From: Flaccisagitta enflata
Lineage: Eukaryota
Assembly: GCA_965153355.1 (NCBI GenBank)
Contig: OZ231126.1
Coordinates: forward strand, 25,358,001-25,422,000
DNA: 64,000 nucleotides
Reading direction: 5' to 3'
The notes below the pieces were generated by a model, which saw nothing but the letters and a program-made list of their open reading frames with translations, was not told the origin of the DNA and did no database searches. Below, piece after piece: positions 27,074 to 45,503 of the stretch. The stretch's first letter is position 1. Every line of letters starts with the position of its first letter. The position numbers were made by a program, and so were the translations under genes.

Positions 27074-27462
27074 TATATGGAAAAAACTGTAAAAAAAAAA
27101 CAATAAAAAAAAATATCATAAAAACAAGTACAAATATAAATAATTAAGTAAGAAAAATTATTAAAAAAAATCCTATGCCTATTATTTTTTCTTCATAGAT
27201 TGATTTGAAATAAAGAAATATATATTAAAGTTTTTTTTAAAAAATTAATGTTAGTGAACAATATTTTATTATATCTCCTGTTACAATTAAAAAAAGGTTA
27301 ACAAATAGATTTTATATAAAATTTGATTTGATTTTTGTTTATTCAATTTAACCTATCAACGTATGAAAAAAAAATGATAAAGTATTCTTTTTTCATTATT
27401 TAATAATTCATATCTATATATTTATAAATTTCTATTTCTATAATTTTCTTTTTCTCTTCTCT

Positions 27463-27527
<65 letters not shown>

Positions 27528-27868
27528 CATAAAAAAATACATTTTTTAAACATTTTTTATTCTATATAATCAAAAAAAACCAGATACACGAAGTGGTACT
27601 CCAGTCACTTACAGATAGGCTGGGGCAATGATTGGGAAAGGTACTGTGGCAGTTAAGTTGGAGCAGTGAGCTTAGAATGCTTAAAAAATGCTAACCAATG
27701 AAAATGGGGATCAATTAAAAGATAAAGCAAGGTAGCGCTGCGTGAAACTAAAAAATAATAACTTCGGTTTCTGACTTCGGTAAACTTCGGTTTCGGTTTC
27801 GGTCAGTTAGTCACTGTCAACTTCGGCTTCGGTTCGGCTTCGGTTTACCTACCTTCGGTCGACCTCTA
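25946..27868. mobile_element. hAT-like non-autonomous element between the two duplicated copies
   Basis: Right end TTCGGTCGACCTCTA preceded by a dense TTCGG cluster (27763-27858). Left end TACAGACCGACCGAA matches its reverse complement at 12/15 and is followed by CCGAA motifs. Flanks do not form a TSD. Contains a family B HINE at 26526-27013. Confidence 0.7.
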
Positions 27869-27869
27869 A

Positions 27870-31731
<3,862 letters not shown>

Positions 31732-32071
31732 GCTGTTGCTGTTGCTGTTGTTGTTGTTGGTCCCGCTTCAATATTTTTTCCACCAAAAGGAGAGAACACT
31801 GCGATCGGTTGGTTCTAAATCAAGCTCGAGCCCTCATTGACTGGAGAGTTCGAAGAACAAGGCGTTATATGAAAGACCTGCATTGATGTGTGTCTTTTGT
31901 TCAGGATTAGTACAAGTATAGCTAATCTGCATAGTAATAACAATTTCTTTGGAGGAGACCGAGGAGGGGTTTAATGATAAAATTGTAATCACGTGCTACG
32001 TGGCTTTATACCACTTTTTGGGCTGTTGGTTGGTCGGTCCATCACAAGTTGTTTTAACAGTGTTTCCAACC

Positions 32072-32136
32072 AATCTAAGTCTAAGGTCGTCTTACCATTA
32101 AGCAATGTGGTGTCTGTTTTTGATGAAGATGATGAC

Positions 32137-32209
<73 letters not shown>

Positions 32210-32321
32210 GTGATGATGATAGAGATGATTATTTGATTAATCTAAGTCTAAGGTCGTCTTACCATTAAGCAATGTGGTGTCTGTTTTTGATGAAGATGAT
32301 GATGATGATGATGATGATGAA

Positions 32322-32388
<67 letters not shown>

Positions 32389-32417
32389 GTGATGACGATA
32401 GAGATGATTATTTGATT
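32072..32417 (+). repeat. Tandem duplication of a ~167-bp unit containing (GAT)n
   Basis: AATCTAAGTCTAAGGTCGTCTTACCATTAAGCAATGTGGTGTC at 32072 and 32239. Confidence 0.9.
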
Positions 32418-32906
32418 TAGATTTTTTATCCAAAACTATTCAAATGCAAACCTGAACAAAAGGCGGAGCGGAACTAATGATATATGATATACTCATCAGC
32501 AATCATGAGCCGCCAGTAAATCAGCCTAATTTTGAGGTCTTAGATTTTACTGTTCTTCAGTTTTTAGTTTCTGTTTTGAAACAGGATCGTTAGAAATGTT
32601 TCAATGAAAGTTCGCGCAAATATTTGAACTTTTCCTGAGCCAATGGTATCTTTGGAATTGATGTGCAATAAGAAACAAAATGAGCAACTGGGTACCACTT
32701 TTGGCTACTATTGTTTACATCTTTTTTCAGAACTGGCGACTCTTTTTTGCTGATGCAATGTGATAGATTCAAACAGTTGAAGACAATGATGATGATGACG
32801 ACAATGACGATGACGACGATGATGACGATGATGATGATGAGTACAACACAAAAATTGGTGTGGCAAATTCTAAATCAATCTAGTTTCTAACTTGTTGTTG
32901 TTTTCG

Positions 32907-33040
<134 letters not shown>

Positions 33041-33303
33041 ATTATTGTTGTAGTTGTCTTAGTTTTCATTGTTTAGTAACTGTTATTTTCACACCTAAAA
33101 CCGGGATCAACTAATTACATAAAGTCGATGACAGATCTTTTTCTTAATTCTTTGTTAGATTTTGAGTCGCACTATGTTGTTTTGTGAGTCGGTCAGTCTG
33201 TTGGTAGGGCGGTAACACTTTGCAGTTTTGACGTTTACGGGCGGTTTTTGCGCATCTGTGTGCTACTGGACATCGGCCCTCAGCTCTCACTCTACTTTTA
33301 CAG

Positions 33304-33817
33304 CATATCACTCAAAGCAGGGCATCGTGTGTCGCTGGCCATGTGCGATCCTTGGATGACTGATATTGCCGAAAGAGTTATCATTTTAAAACCTCTTACC
33401 TCAAAACGTTTTGAGGAACTAAGTGAGAACATTCAACTGAAACAGGTTCTTAACGTTGAATTGCTGGATGTCATCATCTTTGCTGAATCAAAGATTGGGG
33501 TCTTGCGCATGAATTCAAAAGAGCTTGTACAACAATTCATCCTTATTTTCAATGGTCAGCGAGAATGGTTCTTTCCTACCTCTCCAACAAAGCCAACATT
33601 AAAAAAACAAATCTGCTTTTGGGGAGTCTTCCACAATGAACATTCAATGGCAGAATTTGAGTTTGAAATAAAGAAGGACAAAGCTCTTTGCCACAGGCTC
33701 GAATATTCAAAATATGCATGTTTGCTTACTTACAAAACAATCCACGATTGCATGGATACTATGAAACTACATGGCACCAAGGTGGCGGATGATACTGTAT
33801 ACTGCCACTTTGTGTAG
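33304..33817 (+). CDS. Putative coding exon of unknown function inside the foldback loop (may be part of a longer decayed ORF to ~34170)
   Basis: About 170 stop-free codons of non-repetitive sequence after an acceptor-like CTCTACTTTTACAG. No recognisable domain. Confidence 0.45.
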
Positions 33818-34427
33818 ATTAGTATGTCCAGCTTGTTCCAATTTTTTTTCCCACTTGGTAGGATGTGTTTTTTTGGGCGGGATGGAAAAGCGATTGGGTA
33901 ATCTCGATAAAAAAAGGTTCTCGTACATTGCAGTTTGTGGATAAATCCATGGAACCCTGAAAATTTCTCATACCCAGGATTAAAATTCGATTTTACATGA
34001 TAACTACCAGTACAGGAGAATAAACATTAAAAGCCTGTACTGGGGCGCAGCAAAATTGGACTATAACCTGTGCTATCTCTGGAAAAATATAGCAATGCCA
34101 TTTAAACACTTCGCCGATTCCATCCAGGACTCTGCTTAATCGCTCTCCTGTGCCCCCTTCATAATGTGACCATCACAATTTTACTTCTAACGCCTATGCG
34201 CAACGTTTTAGTCCCATGCTACCGACTCAACACCCCGCTTTGTCAGTGCCATCAGTCCATTGGTCCATCAATCCATCCGTCGACCTGTCTGTCAGTCCGT
34301 CACACTTTACTTTTTGGGCAGCGGCCCCAATGGACTCCATGACCTATGCTTTCACACATATGGAGAATTTTCTCCCTCTTACTTTAGAGGGAGTGCGGAA
34401 AGTGGAAGGGAGTGCTAGGGGCAATGG

Positions 34428-34510
34428 AAACAAGGCCGTATACTACCCGAATTAAAAGAAAGGAACTTGAATTGGACTTTATTTTTCTTCTGAGCAGCTT
34501 TTTGCGAGCT

Positions 34511-34543
<33 letters not shown>

Positions 34544-35198
34544 AGTTTCTGTGCATCATAACAAAGAGTTTTAGCCATCGGAATCAAGTTGATGCAGAGA
34601 AATAGCCGTGCAAAAGTGACATGTGCTTTACATATTTTCGCCTTTGATTTTCAGTTTGATCCATGTCGATTTTGAAGGTTTTATCATATTCAATCGCAGT
34701 CAGTGCTTCATTTTTCATCGTAGACATTGAGGAACTCAGATATAGTAACTATAAAAGTAGACAGCGTGGGTAGAACAATGCTCGATTGCTCATGGCAGTA
34801 CAATCAATCCATCATCTCTACCCCAAAACATCCATTTTTTTCCTCTTACTGCATTTTAAAATTTTGACTCATGCACCTTCATTTGAGTGTATTTTCTAAA
34901 CAAATAAAGATACAGATGTGGGATTGCGCTCAAAAGAAAGCGCACGAAAAAAGCTTCAATTTGGTCACCAATAAATCATGTCTGAATTAAATCAAAGACG
35001 CAAAAATCACCTATAGAAAAACGTTTTTTTTTAATTCGCGTAGTACACGGCAGCATTAGTCGCAGACGGCGGGCAGGAGCGGAAAACCCCAAAAAACTAA
35101 TTTGTGATGGATGGACGGATGGACAGACGGATGGACCGATGGACCGACAGACCAACGGACCGAAAAGTGGCTTATAGAGTCGCATGTCCTTGACTAGA
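34428..35198 (-). mobile_element. Family A HINE-like element inserted in the satellite A run, itself interrupted
   Basis: AACAAGGCCGTATA|...|CACGGCAGCATTAGTCGCAGACG...TAGAGTCGCATGTCCTTGACTAG. Satellite GCAATGGAAA...AAAGATATCAC rejoins on removal. Confidence 0.7.
34443..35043 (-). mobile_element. Deleted mariner-like element with possible transposase N-terminal relic
   Basis: TIR CTACCCGAATTAAAA / TTTTAATTCGCGTAG, TA at 34441-42 and 35044-45. Minus-strand frame from ATG ~34727 reads MSTMKNEALTAIEYDKTFKIDMDQTENQRRKYVKHMSLLHGYFSAST*FRWLKLF. Confidence 0.65.
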
Positions 35199-38100
35199 AA
35201 GATATCACACTGATTTTACAAAGTGGAGAGCGGGATTGGCGGGGGAGTGCTGACAGCAACAAAATTAGGATCAACCTTTATTCGTGAAAGGGGGTTCAGG
35301 AGCTAGAGGGGAGTGCGGGAAGCACCGAAATCAAGTTCAACCCACTTTCTTTGGAGAGAAAGTGCGGGAAGTAAAAGGGAGTGGTAGCAGCAATGGAAAA
35401 AAGTTTATATCAGAGTGATATAACAAAAGGGAGGGCGGGATTGGCAGGGGAGTGCTGACAGCAACAAAATTAGGATCATCCTTCATTCGTGAGAGGGAGT
35501 GCGGGAAGCAAAAGGGAGTGCTAGCAGCAACAGAAAAAAGTCGATATCACACTGATCTCACAAGAGGGAGGGCGGGATTGGCAGGGGAGTGCTGACAGCA
35601 ACAAAATCAGGATCAACCTTCATTCATGAGAGGGAGTGCGGGAAGTAAAAGGGAGTGCTAGCAGTAATGGAAAAAATTTGATATCAGAATGATCTCAAAA
35701 AAGGGAGGGCGGGATTGGCAGGGGAGTGCTGACAGCAACAAAATTAAGAACAACCTTCATTCATGAGAGGGAGTGCGGGAAGTAAAAGGGAGTGCTAGCA
35801 GCAATGGAAAAAAGTTGATATCAGACTGATCTGACAAAAGGGAGGGCGGGATTGGCAGGGGAGTGCTGACAGCAACAAAATTAGGATCAACCTTCATTCA
35901 TGAGAGGGAGTGCGGGAAGTAAAAGGGAGTGCTAGCAGCAATGGAAAAAAGTTGATATCACACTGATCTAACAAAAGGGAGGGCGGGATTGCCAGGGGAG
36001 TGCTGACAGCAACAGAATCAGGAACAACCTTCATTCATGAGAGGGAGTGCGGGAAGTAAAAGGGAGTGCTAGCAGCAATGGAAAAAAGTTGATATCAGAC
36101 TGATCTCACAAAAGGGAGGGCGGGATTGGCAGGGGAGTGCTGGCAGCAACAAAATTAGGAACAACCTTCATTCATGAGAGGGAGTGCGGGAAGTAAAAGG
36201 GAGTGCTAGCAGCAATGGAAAAAAGTTGATATCAGACTGATCTCACAAAAGGGAGGGCGGGATTAGCAGGGGAGTGCTGACAGCAACAAAATAAGGATCA
36301 ACCTTCATTCATGAGAGGGAGTGCGGGAAGTAAAAGGGAGTGCTAGCAGCAATGGAAAAAAGTTGATATCAGACTGATCTGACAAAAGGGAGGGCGGGAT
36401 TGGCAGGGGAGTGCTGACAGCAACAAAATTAGATACAACCTTCATTCATGAGAGGGAGTGCGGGAAGTAAAAGGGAGAGCTAGCAGCAATGGAAAAAAGT
36501 CAATAACAGACTGATGTGACAAAAGGGAGGGCGGGATGGGCAGGGGAGTGCTGACAGCAACAAAATTAGAATCAACCTTCATTCAAGAGAGGGAGTACGG
36601 GAAGTAAAAGGGAGTGCTTGCAGCAATGGAAAAAATTTGATATCAGACTTGTCTCAAAAAAGGGAGGGCGGGATAGGCAGGGGAGTGCTGACAGCAACAA
36701 AATTAGGATCAACCTTCATTCATGAGAGAGTGCGGGAAGTAAAAGGGAGTGCTAGCAGCAATGGAAAAAAGTCGATATCAGACTGATCTGACAAAAGGGA
36801 GGGCGGGATGGGCAGGGGAGTGCTGACAGCAACCAAAGTAAAATCAACCTTCATTCATGAGAGGGAGTGCGGGAAGTAAAAGGGAGTGCTAGCAGCAATG
36901 GAAAAAAGTCAATAACAGACTGATGTGACAAAAGGGAGGGCGGGATGGGCAGGGGAGTGCTGACAGCAACAAAATTAGAATCAACCTTCATTCATGAGAG
37001 GGAGTGCGGGAAGTAAAAGGGAGTGCTAGCAGCAATGGAAAAAAGTTGATATCAGACTGATCTGACAAAAGGGAGGGCGGGATTGGCAGGGGAGTGCTGA
37101 CAGCAACAAAATTAGATACAACCTTCATGCATGAGAGGGAGTGCGGGAAGTAAAAGGGAGTGCTAGCAGCAATGGAAAAAAGTCAATAACAGACTGATGT
37201 GACAAAAGGGAGGATGGGATGGGCAGGGGAGTGCTGACAGCAACCAAATCAGGATCAACCTTCATTCATGAGAGGGAGTGCGGGAAGTAAAAGGGAGTGC
37301 TAGCAGCAATGGAAAAAAGTCAATAACAGACTGATGTGACAAAAGGGAGGGCGGGATGGGCAGGGGAGTGCTGACAGCAACAAAATTAGAATCAACCTTC
37401 ATTCATGAGAGGGAGTGCGGGAAGTAAATGGGAGTGCTAGCAGCAATGGAAAAAATTTGATATCAGACTTGTCTCAAAAAAGGGAGGGCGGGATAAGCAG
37501 GGGAGTGCTGACAGCAACAAAATTAGGATCAACCTTCATTCATGAGAGGGAGTGCGGGAAGTAAAAGGGAGTGCTAGCAGCAATGGAAAAAAGTCAATAA
37601 CAGACTGATGTGACAAAAGGGAGGGCGGGATGGGCAGGGGAGTGCTGACAGCAACAAAATTAGAATCAACCTTCATTCATGAGAGGGAGTGCGGGAAGTA
37701 AAAGGGAGTGCTAGCAGCAATGGGAAAAAGTTGATATCAGACTGATCTGACAAAAAGGAGGGCGGGATTGGCAGGGGAGTGCTGACAGCAACAGTATTAG
37801 ATACAACCTTCATGCATGAGAGGGAGTGCGGGAAGTAAAAGGGAGTGCTAGCAGCAATGGAAAAAGTCAATATCAGACTGATCTGACAAAGGGGAGGGCG
37901 GGATTTGCAGGGGAGTGCTGACAGCAACCAAATCAGGATCAATCTTCATTCATGAGAGGGAGTGCGGGAAGTAAAAGGGAGTGCTAGCAGCAATGGAAAA
38001 AAGTCAATAACAGACTGATGTGACAAAAGGGAGGGCGGGATGGGCAGGGGAGTGCTGACAGCAACAAAATTAGAATCAACCTTCATTCATGAGAGGGAGT

Positions 38101-39521
38101 GCGGGAAGTAAAAGGGAGTGCTAGCAGCAATGGAAAAAAGTTGATATAAGACTGATTTGACAAAAGGGAGGGCGGGATTGGCAGGGGAGTGCTGACAGCA
38201 ACAAAATCAGGATCAACCTTCATTCATGAGGGGGAGTGCGGGAAGTAAAAGGGAGTGCTAGCAGCAATGGAAAAAAGTTGATATAAGAGTGATCTGACAA
38301 AAAGGAGGGCGGGATTGGCAGGGGAGTGCTGACAGCAACAGAATTAGAATCAACCTTTATTCATGAGAGGGAGTGCGGGAAGTAAAAGGGAGTGCTAGCA
38401 GCAATGGAAAAAAGTCAATAACAGACTGATGTGACAAAAGGGAGGGCGGGATGGGCAGGGGAGTGCTGACAGCAACAAAATTAGAATCAACCTTCATTCA
38501 TGAGAGGGAGTGCGGGAAGTAAAAGGGAGTGCTAGCAGCAATAAAAAAAGTTTCAATATCAGACTGTTCTGACAAAAGGGAGGGCGGGATTGGCAGGGGA
38601 GTGCTGACAGCAACAAAATCAGGATCAACCTTCATTCATGAGGGGGAGTGCGGGAAGTAAAAGGGAGTGCTAGCAGCAATGGAAAAAAGTTGATATAAGA
38701 CTGATCTGACAAAAAGGAGGGCGGGATTGGCAGGGGAGTGCTGACAGCAACAGAATTAGAATCAACCTTTATTCATGAGAGGGAGTGCGGGAAGTAAAAG
38801 GGAGTGCTAGCAGCAATGGAAAAAAGTCAATAACAGACTGATGTGACAAAAGGGAGGGCGGGATGGGCAGGGGAGTGCTGACAGCAACAAAATTAGAATC
38901 AACCTTCATTCATAAGAGGGAGTGCGGGAAGTAAAAGGGAGTGCTAGCAGCAATAAAAAAAGTTTCAATATCAGACTGTTCTGACAAAAGGGAGGGCGGG
39001 ATTGGCAGGGGAGTGCTGACAGCAACAAAATCAGATACAACCCTTATTCATGAGAGGGAGTGCGGGAAGTAAAAGGGAGTGCTAGCAGCAATGGAAAAAA
39101 GTCAATAACAGACTGATCTGACAAAAGGGAGGGCGGGATTGGCAGGGGAGTGCTGACAGCAACAAAAGCTTTATCAACTGATGTCATAAGAGGGAGTGCG
39201 GCATGTAGAAGGGAGTGCTCACAGTAATTCAGTCAGTTTAACCCCGACCTTCAAAAAGGGAGTGCGGGACCTTGTAGGGAGTGCTACAGAACAGAAATTA
39301 GCAACTTGTTCTGTGAAGGAAGGTTTCATGAGAGGGAGGGCGGAGACCAGGGAGAGCGGCAATACCTATTCCAAATAATTTGATGAGTGAAAGATTGAAA
39401 GAATAATATAGAAGCAAAAGTATCCTAGAAAACAAAATCAGGTTTGAAGGCATAACCGAATTTCGGGTTTGGCCTCAAAACCGAGCCCCGGTCTTCTCAC
39501 GGCCAAACCCGCAAGGCCTTA

Positions 39522-39977
39522 CTTATAGGTTGGCCATGACCCCTGCGACTCTTACACATTTAGCCATGGAGGTTTGGCTATTATAGATTATCTATCACAT
39601 CTATCACAAATGGGCGTTCATAGGTTGGCCATGACGCCTGTGTTTCAAACGAGTTTGGCCATCAAAGTTTTGTTATCACAGATTAGCTTTCATAGGTTTA
39701 CCATCACACATGGGCTATCATAGATCGGCTATGACCCCAGCGACTCCAACATGCTTAGCCATCAAAGTTCAGCTATACCAGATTAGCTTTCATATATTTA
39801 CTATCACACATGGGCTATCATAGATTGGCCATGACCCCTGCGACTCTAACACATTTGGCCATCAAGGTTTGGCTATCACAGATGAGCTTTCATAGGTTTA
39901 CCATCACACATGGGCTCTCATAGATCGGCCATGACTCCTGCGACTCTTACACGTTTGGCCATCGAGGTTTGGCTATG
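39522..39977 (+). repeat. 100-bp minisatellite, right part
   Basis: Same unit, orientation and phase as 4200-4716. Confidence 0.9.
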
Positions 39978-40086
39978 GCGTTCGTTAAGGGAAATTTCAG
40001 GCCTCACAGATGCCAGCATTTGGAGCCACGACTCAACGAAGGTCTGAAGAAGACTAATGATCTGAGGTGAAGGTCCAAGGACAAAT

Positions 40087-40161
<75 letters not shown>

Positions 40162-40387
40162 TAGAGGGAAAACAGACAGACAGGAAGACAGACAAAACAA
40201 TGAGAGGGACAGAAGGGAATAAAGACAAAGGTAGACACAGATTCCGAGGGAGGAAGACGGGTAATGGAGGTACAAACAGACTGCTAGAAAGCAGAAACCT
40301 TCATGTGTCTGAAAGTCTACTAGCCAGAAAACAACAGTGAATGCATCTCACGCGCACTCAAATTTGCACAGGTTTACTTTCCCAGGC

Positions 40388-40645
<258 letters not shown>

Positions 40646-40894
40646 AAGTGAATCAGTTTAATCATTGTACTATAGGATATTGCTGCAACAGTCGTTACCG
40701 ATGTACCTATGGAACAATGGCTTTCTGAGGATGGTCTCGGAATATAAGTTTGATACCTCTGACAGTCATTAATCAGTCAGCATAATTGCGAAAGATGGGG
40801 GTATCAGTTGAACCAACTTGAACGTAAAGTTGCAACTTCTGATGAAGACTGAAAAAATGTTGTACATTATAACTAACTCTGACTAACTAACTAC

Positions 40895-40973
<79 letters not shown>

Positions 40974-41681
40974 CTAACTAACTCTAACTCTAATGTTGTA
41001 CCTTATAACTAACTCTCGCGCATTTTTCGACTCGTCAAACGTTTAAGACCTCCCCAACGATTTGGAAATCAACATACGAGTATATGACAAGCAGCGCCAT
41101 CAAATGGCATCCAACAGGAAACAGCGCCAACTGCGAGGTAAGCGGAATTACACTTGGTAGAAAACAAAAGCTGCTAAGATCGCTGAGTTGGTGTTGTTTG
41201 AAAAAAAAAGGGAAACGGATGAACGGAACCGAAGACGCTCCCTCGGGAGGAATTTTTTAAATGGAGTTTGTCAAGATTGTTGATAGAAAACTTGAATCCA
41301 TTCATCAAGACTGAAAGGCAAAACAACTGAGAGGAGATATGAGGAGAGACAGAGGCAGAGACAGAGGCAGAGACAGAGGCAGAGGCAGAAAGATAGAGAC
41401 TGAGAGGTAAAACAACTGAGAGGAGATATGATAGGAGTGAGGCAGAGAGAGAGAGAGAGAGAGGCAGAGACAGGGAGAGACATATAATGTAGTATATGTA
41501 GCAGCATATGTGAAGTAGAAAAAGACAAAGACAAAGAGACACGGACAGAGAGAATGAAGGACGAAACAACTGAGAGCAGAGACAGAGACAAAGGGACTGA
41601 AAGTCGAGATAAGGAGAGAGAAAAAAAATATGAGGGCACAGTAAGCAGAATACACGAGTGAGCTAGGTGGAAAGAGAGGAG

Positions 41682-41745
<64 letters not shown>

Positions 41746-42503
41746 TCATTTCAGCACTGCCTTGTAAACTAGAGCGCCAAGGTTTTACAGCATCATGTAA
41801 TCCGCTAATAAAATATTTCTTAGGTAGAAAAACAGGATTCTTTGTTAGTCATCTTCTTTCCTCGTTTAATGATGCTGAAAAGGCGAAGTATGAACTTCCT
41901 TAATTAATGTTGAAAAGGCTAAGGTAAAGTGTGTGGTGGTGCCTGTATATGCTTATAAGGAATAAACACCGTCGGATTTACGTTTTACGAAACAATTTGA
42001 ATTTAGAAGCCAGGTAAAAAGCGCACAATGAGCAAAATGAGCACAATGAGCACAATGAGCACAATTAGAGGAAAGAGAGATTGAATGGGCGTTGTAAGGG
42101 AATTTCTTCCTGGGCCGTCAGTTCCCCCGAGTTTTTGCATGGCGAGGTGTTTTGTCCATTAGAGCGTCTGTCCGCCCGTCTAACTGAAGATATCGAGGAT
42201 GTGCGATGACAGCTTGATACTTTCTTAAGTGTTGGACTCCCGCCTTTATACAAGGCTTTGTCCGTCCGTTCATCTATCCATATACGTATGTGTATGCACG
42301 CATCTCAGCCCCAACCCCTCCCTGTCCGGCCCGCGACTTGTAACTCTGGGCTACTCATTAAAAAGAACATCGTGCATGATTTGAAAATATTAGCCTTAGA
42401 ATTTGTGCGCGATGATTGGACGCATCATTCAACTACTTCCGGAAGATGTTTTTTTTCCTCCTACAAAACTGGAAGGACGAAAGAGAGATAGAAAAAAGAA
42501 TAG

Positions 42504-42678
42504 AAACAAGGCCGGATACACGGCCAATACCAGTTGCGGACGTGTGGGCAGGGGCGGAAATGCGCGTTTTCACACTTTTCGACTCGTGTTCACGGACCAA
42601 CGGACCGACGGACCGACGGACCAACGGACGGACGGACGAACAAAGGCTCTTATAGAGTTGCGTGTCCGCAACTAAAAA
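42504..42678 (-). mobile_element. HINE-like element, family A variant
   Basis: AAACAAGGCCGGATACACGGCC ... (ACGG)n ... TAGAGTTGCGTGTCCGCAACTAAAA. Confidence 0.75.
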
Positions 42679-42848
42679 AGATGGTCGGAAAATCGATCAA
42701 GTTGAAAAATGGTTTGTTCTTGTCAACTTGAAAATCGTCGCGTGAAAACCAATCCCAACTTTGAAATTGGAATTTCCAAAACCGGGACAACAGATGCCCA
42801 CGTCGTTATCGTCGTTATCGTCGTTATCGTCGTCATCGTCGTTATTGT

Positions 42849-42880
<32 letters not shown>

Positions 42881-43119
42881 ACATCGTCGTTATCGTCGTC
42901 ATCGTCATTTCCGTCGTCATCGTCGTTATTTGCAGTACCATCGTCAAGTCGTCATCGTCGTAGTTATCGTCATCGTCATGGTCATCAACGAAATCATTGT
43001 AATCGACGTCGTCGAAGATGTTATGGTGGACTGCATACTAAACAGCGTCTTTAACACCAGCGATTACGGATATTCCGGAAAAAAACTTTGGCTTCGTCGG
43101 TAAGTAGTGAAGAGATTTA

Positions 43120-43803
<684 letters not shown>

Positions 43804-43961
43804 CGCGCATGGTTATGCGGAAGCCAATACTACAAGCAGTGCCACAGAACAAAAGGACAGGAAGAAGAACAAAAGAATGAATATAAATCAAAGAGTTTTC
43901 TTGACAAGTTTACAACCGGATCGAAATGTAAGATAAGCAACAAAACAAAAGAACAACAACG

Positions 43962-44012
<51 letters not shown>

Positions 44013-44468
44013 CCAACGATTCCGCGGAAACGAGGGAAATGAGGGAAAGAAATGACCATAATGGAAAGATGAAAAAAAGGTAAGGAAGGGAAAAAGTTGA
44101 GGAGAGGAAAAGATGAAAGTAAGAATAAATCGGATTAAGCGCTCGCTAAGAAGAAAAGAGAAATGCAAATAGGGAGGGAAAGGGACGGCGAGGGAGGGTA
44201 AAGAGGGATAAAAAAGGTAAGGTTTCGATCAAAAGGGGCCGGCCTAACCGAACCGAATTGAGCCTTAACAGTTTTAAAACATAAGAAGGGGCGGCGAACA
44301 GAGTGAGTTGGCTTTGATAATGGATTATCACTCCTAGAGACAACATTTTAGGCGACAAGAAGGAAGAATTAAGAAATGAGAAAAGGGTGGAGAGAGAGAA
44401 AGCGCTTACACGTGGAGGAAGCTTAGATCAGTGAGGCGTTGGCGTGGGAGGCGGAAGGCCGACGCCGA

Positions 44469-45056
44469 CAGTCAGCTGTCCATTGACCAATACGGTCTGT
44501 GGACAGTTGACAATCGAAAACAGTCAGCTGTCCTTTGACCAATACAGACAATGAACAGTTGACAACCAAAAACAGTCAGCTGTCCTTTGACCAATACGGT
44601 CAGTGGACAGTTGACAACCAAAAACAGTCAGCTGACCTTTGACCAATACAGACAGTGGACAGTTGAAAATTGAAAACAGTCAGTTGATAGTTGATAATCC
44701 TATACAGACATTTGAATACTGATTAACGAATACAGACAAGGACAATTCACAATCGAATATAGACAGCGGTTAGTTAATAATCAAATACAGATAATTGAAT
44801 GCTGATTAATGAATACCGACAAAGCCAATTCACAATCGAATAAAGACAGTGGTAAGTTGATAATCGCATACAGACAGTTGAATGCTGATCAACGAATACA
44901 GACAATGACAATTCACAATCGAATATAGACCGTAGTAAGTTGATAATCAAATACAGATAGTTGAATGCTGATTAACAAATACGGATAGTGGACCATTCTC
45001 AATCGAATAGACCGTGGTAAGTTGATAATCGACTACAGATAATTGACAATTGACAA
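44469..45056 (+). repeat. Degenerate minisatellite (~52-bp CAGTCAGCTGTCCTTTGACCAATAC units grading into ~26-bp AATACAGAC units)
   Basis: CAGTCAGCTG at 44469, 44521, 44572, 44624. Confidence 0.8.
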
Positions 45057-45269
45057 TTTACCTCTGCAGAATTTTAGTACTTTGAATTTCGTGATGCCAA
45101 GTGTAACTAACAAATCGTTTCCAGCAATGAGCTCACTAGTTTTGTTATCTAGCCAAAATTGTTGACAAACAAATCGCTGCCAAGAGACGCTATCAAACCA
45201 AACAATATAATTCCGGCCCAGCGTCAGCCGTCAGGACGAAAATAAAAATCGCAACTTCTTAATAATTTG

Positions 45270-45421
45270 TTTTTAGTCGCGGACACGCGACTCTAGAACT
45301 TGCCGTGTCGGTCGGTACCTCAGTACGTCGGTACCAAATATTGTTAAATTGCGACCGGCTTTTGCATTACGGCTCCTGCCCAACCGTCCGCGACTGTATT
45401 GCCGTGTATCCGGCCTTGTTT
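45270..45421 (+). mobile_element. HINE-like element, family A variant, just upstream of the secreted-protein gene
   Basis: TTTTTAGTCGCGGACACGCGACTCTA ... CCGTCCGCGACTGTATTGCCGTGTATCCGGCCTTGTT. Confidence 0.75.
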
Positions 45422-45503
45422 AAATTCGATTTTATCGTCAATGAAAAGTTGTTTCTGTTTGGTTTGCTCATCTCACTCTGACAGACAACTTGTCTGAGAC
45501 AAG

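Larger units (their letters stand above)
34385..39372 (-). repeat. Right arm: inverted 137-bp satellite array (roughly 29 units plus degenerate inner units)
   Basis: Reverse complement of the left-arm unit. The innermost unit (34385-34430) is separated from the rest (35199 onward) by a HINE + mariner insertion. Confidence 0.92.

Noticed and set aside
39196-39378. Near-identical 60-aa ORF here and at 5183-5392
   Set aside because: Both are read from the terminal inverted repeat. They are evidence for the TIR, not for a gene.
40839-40875. Hammerhead ribozyme core CTGATGA...GAAA
   Set aside because: Stem I cannot form and stem II is implausible.
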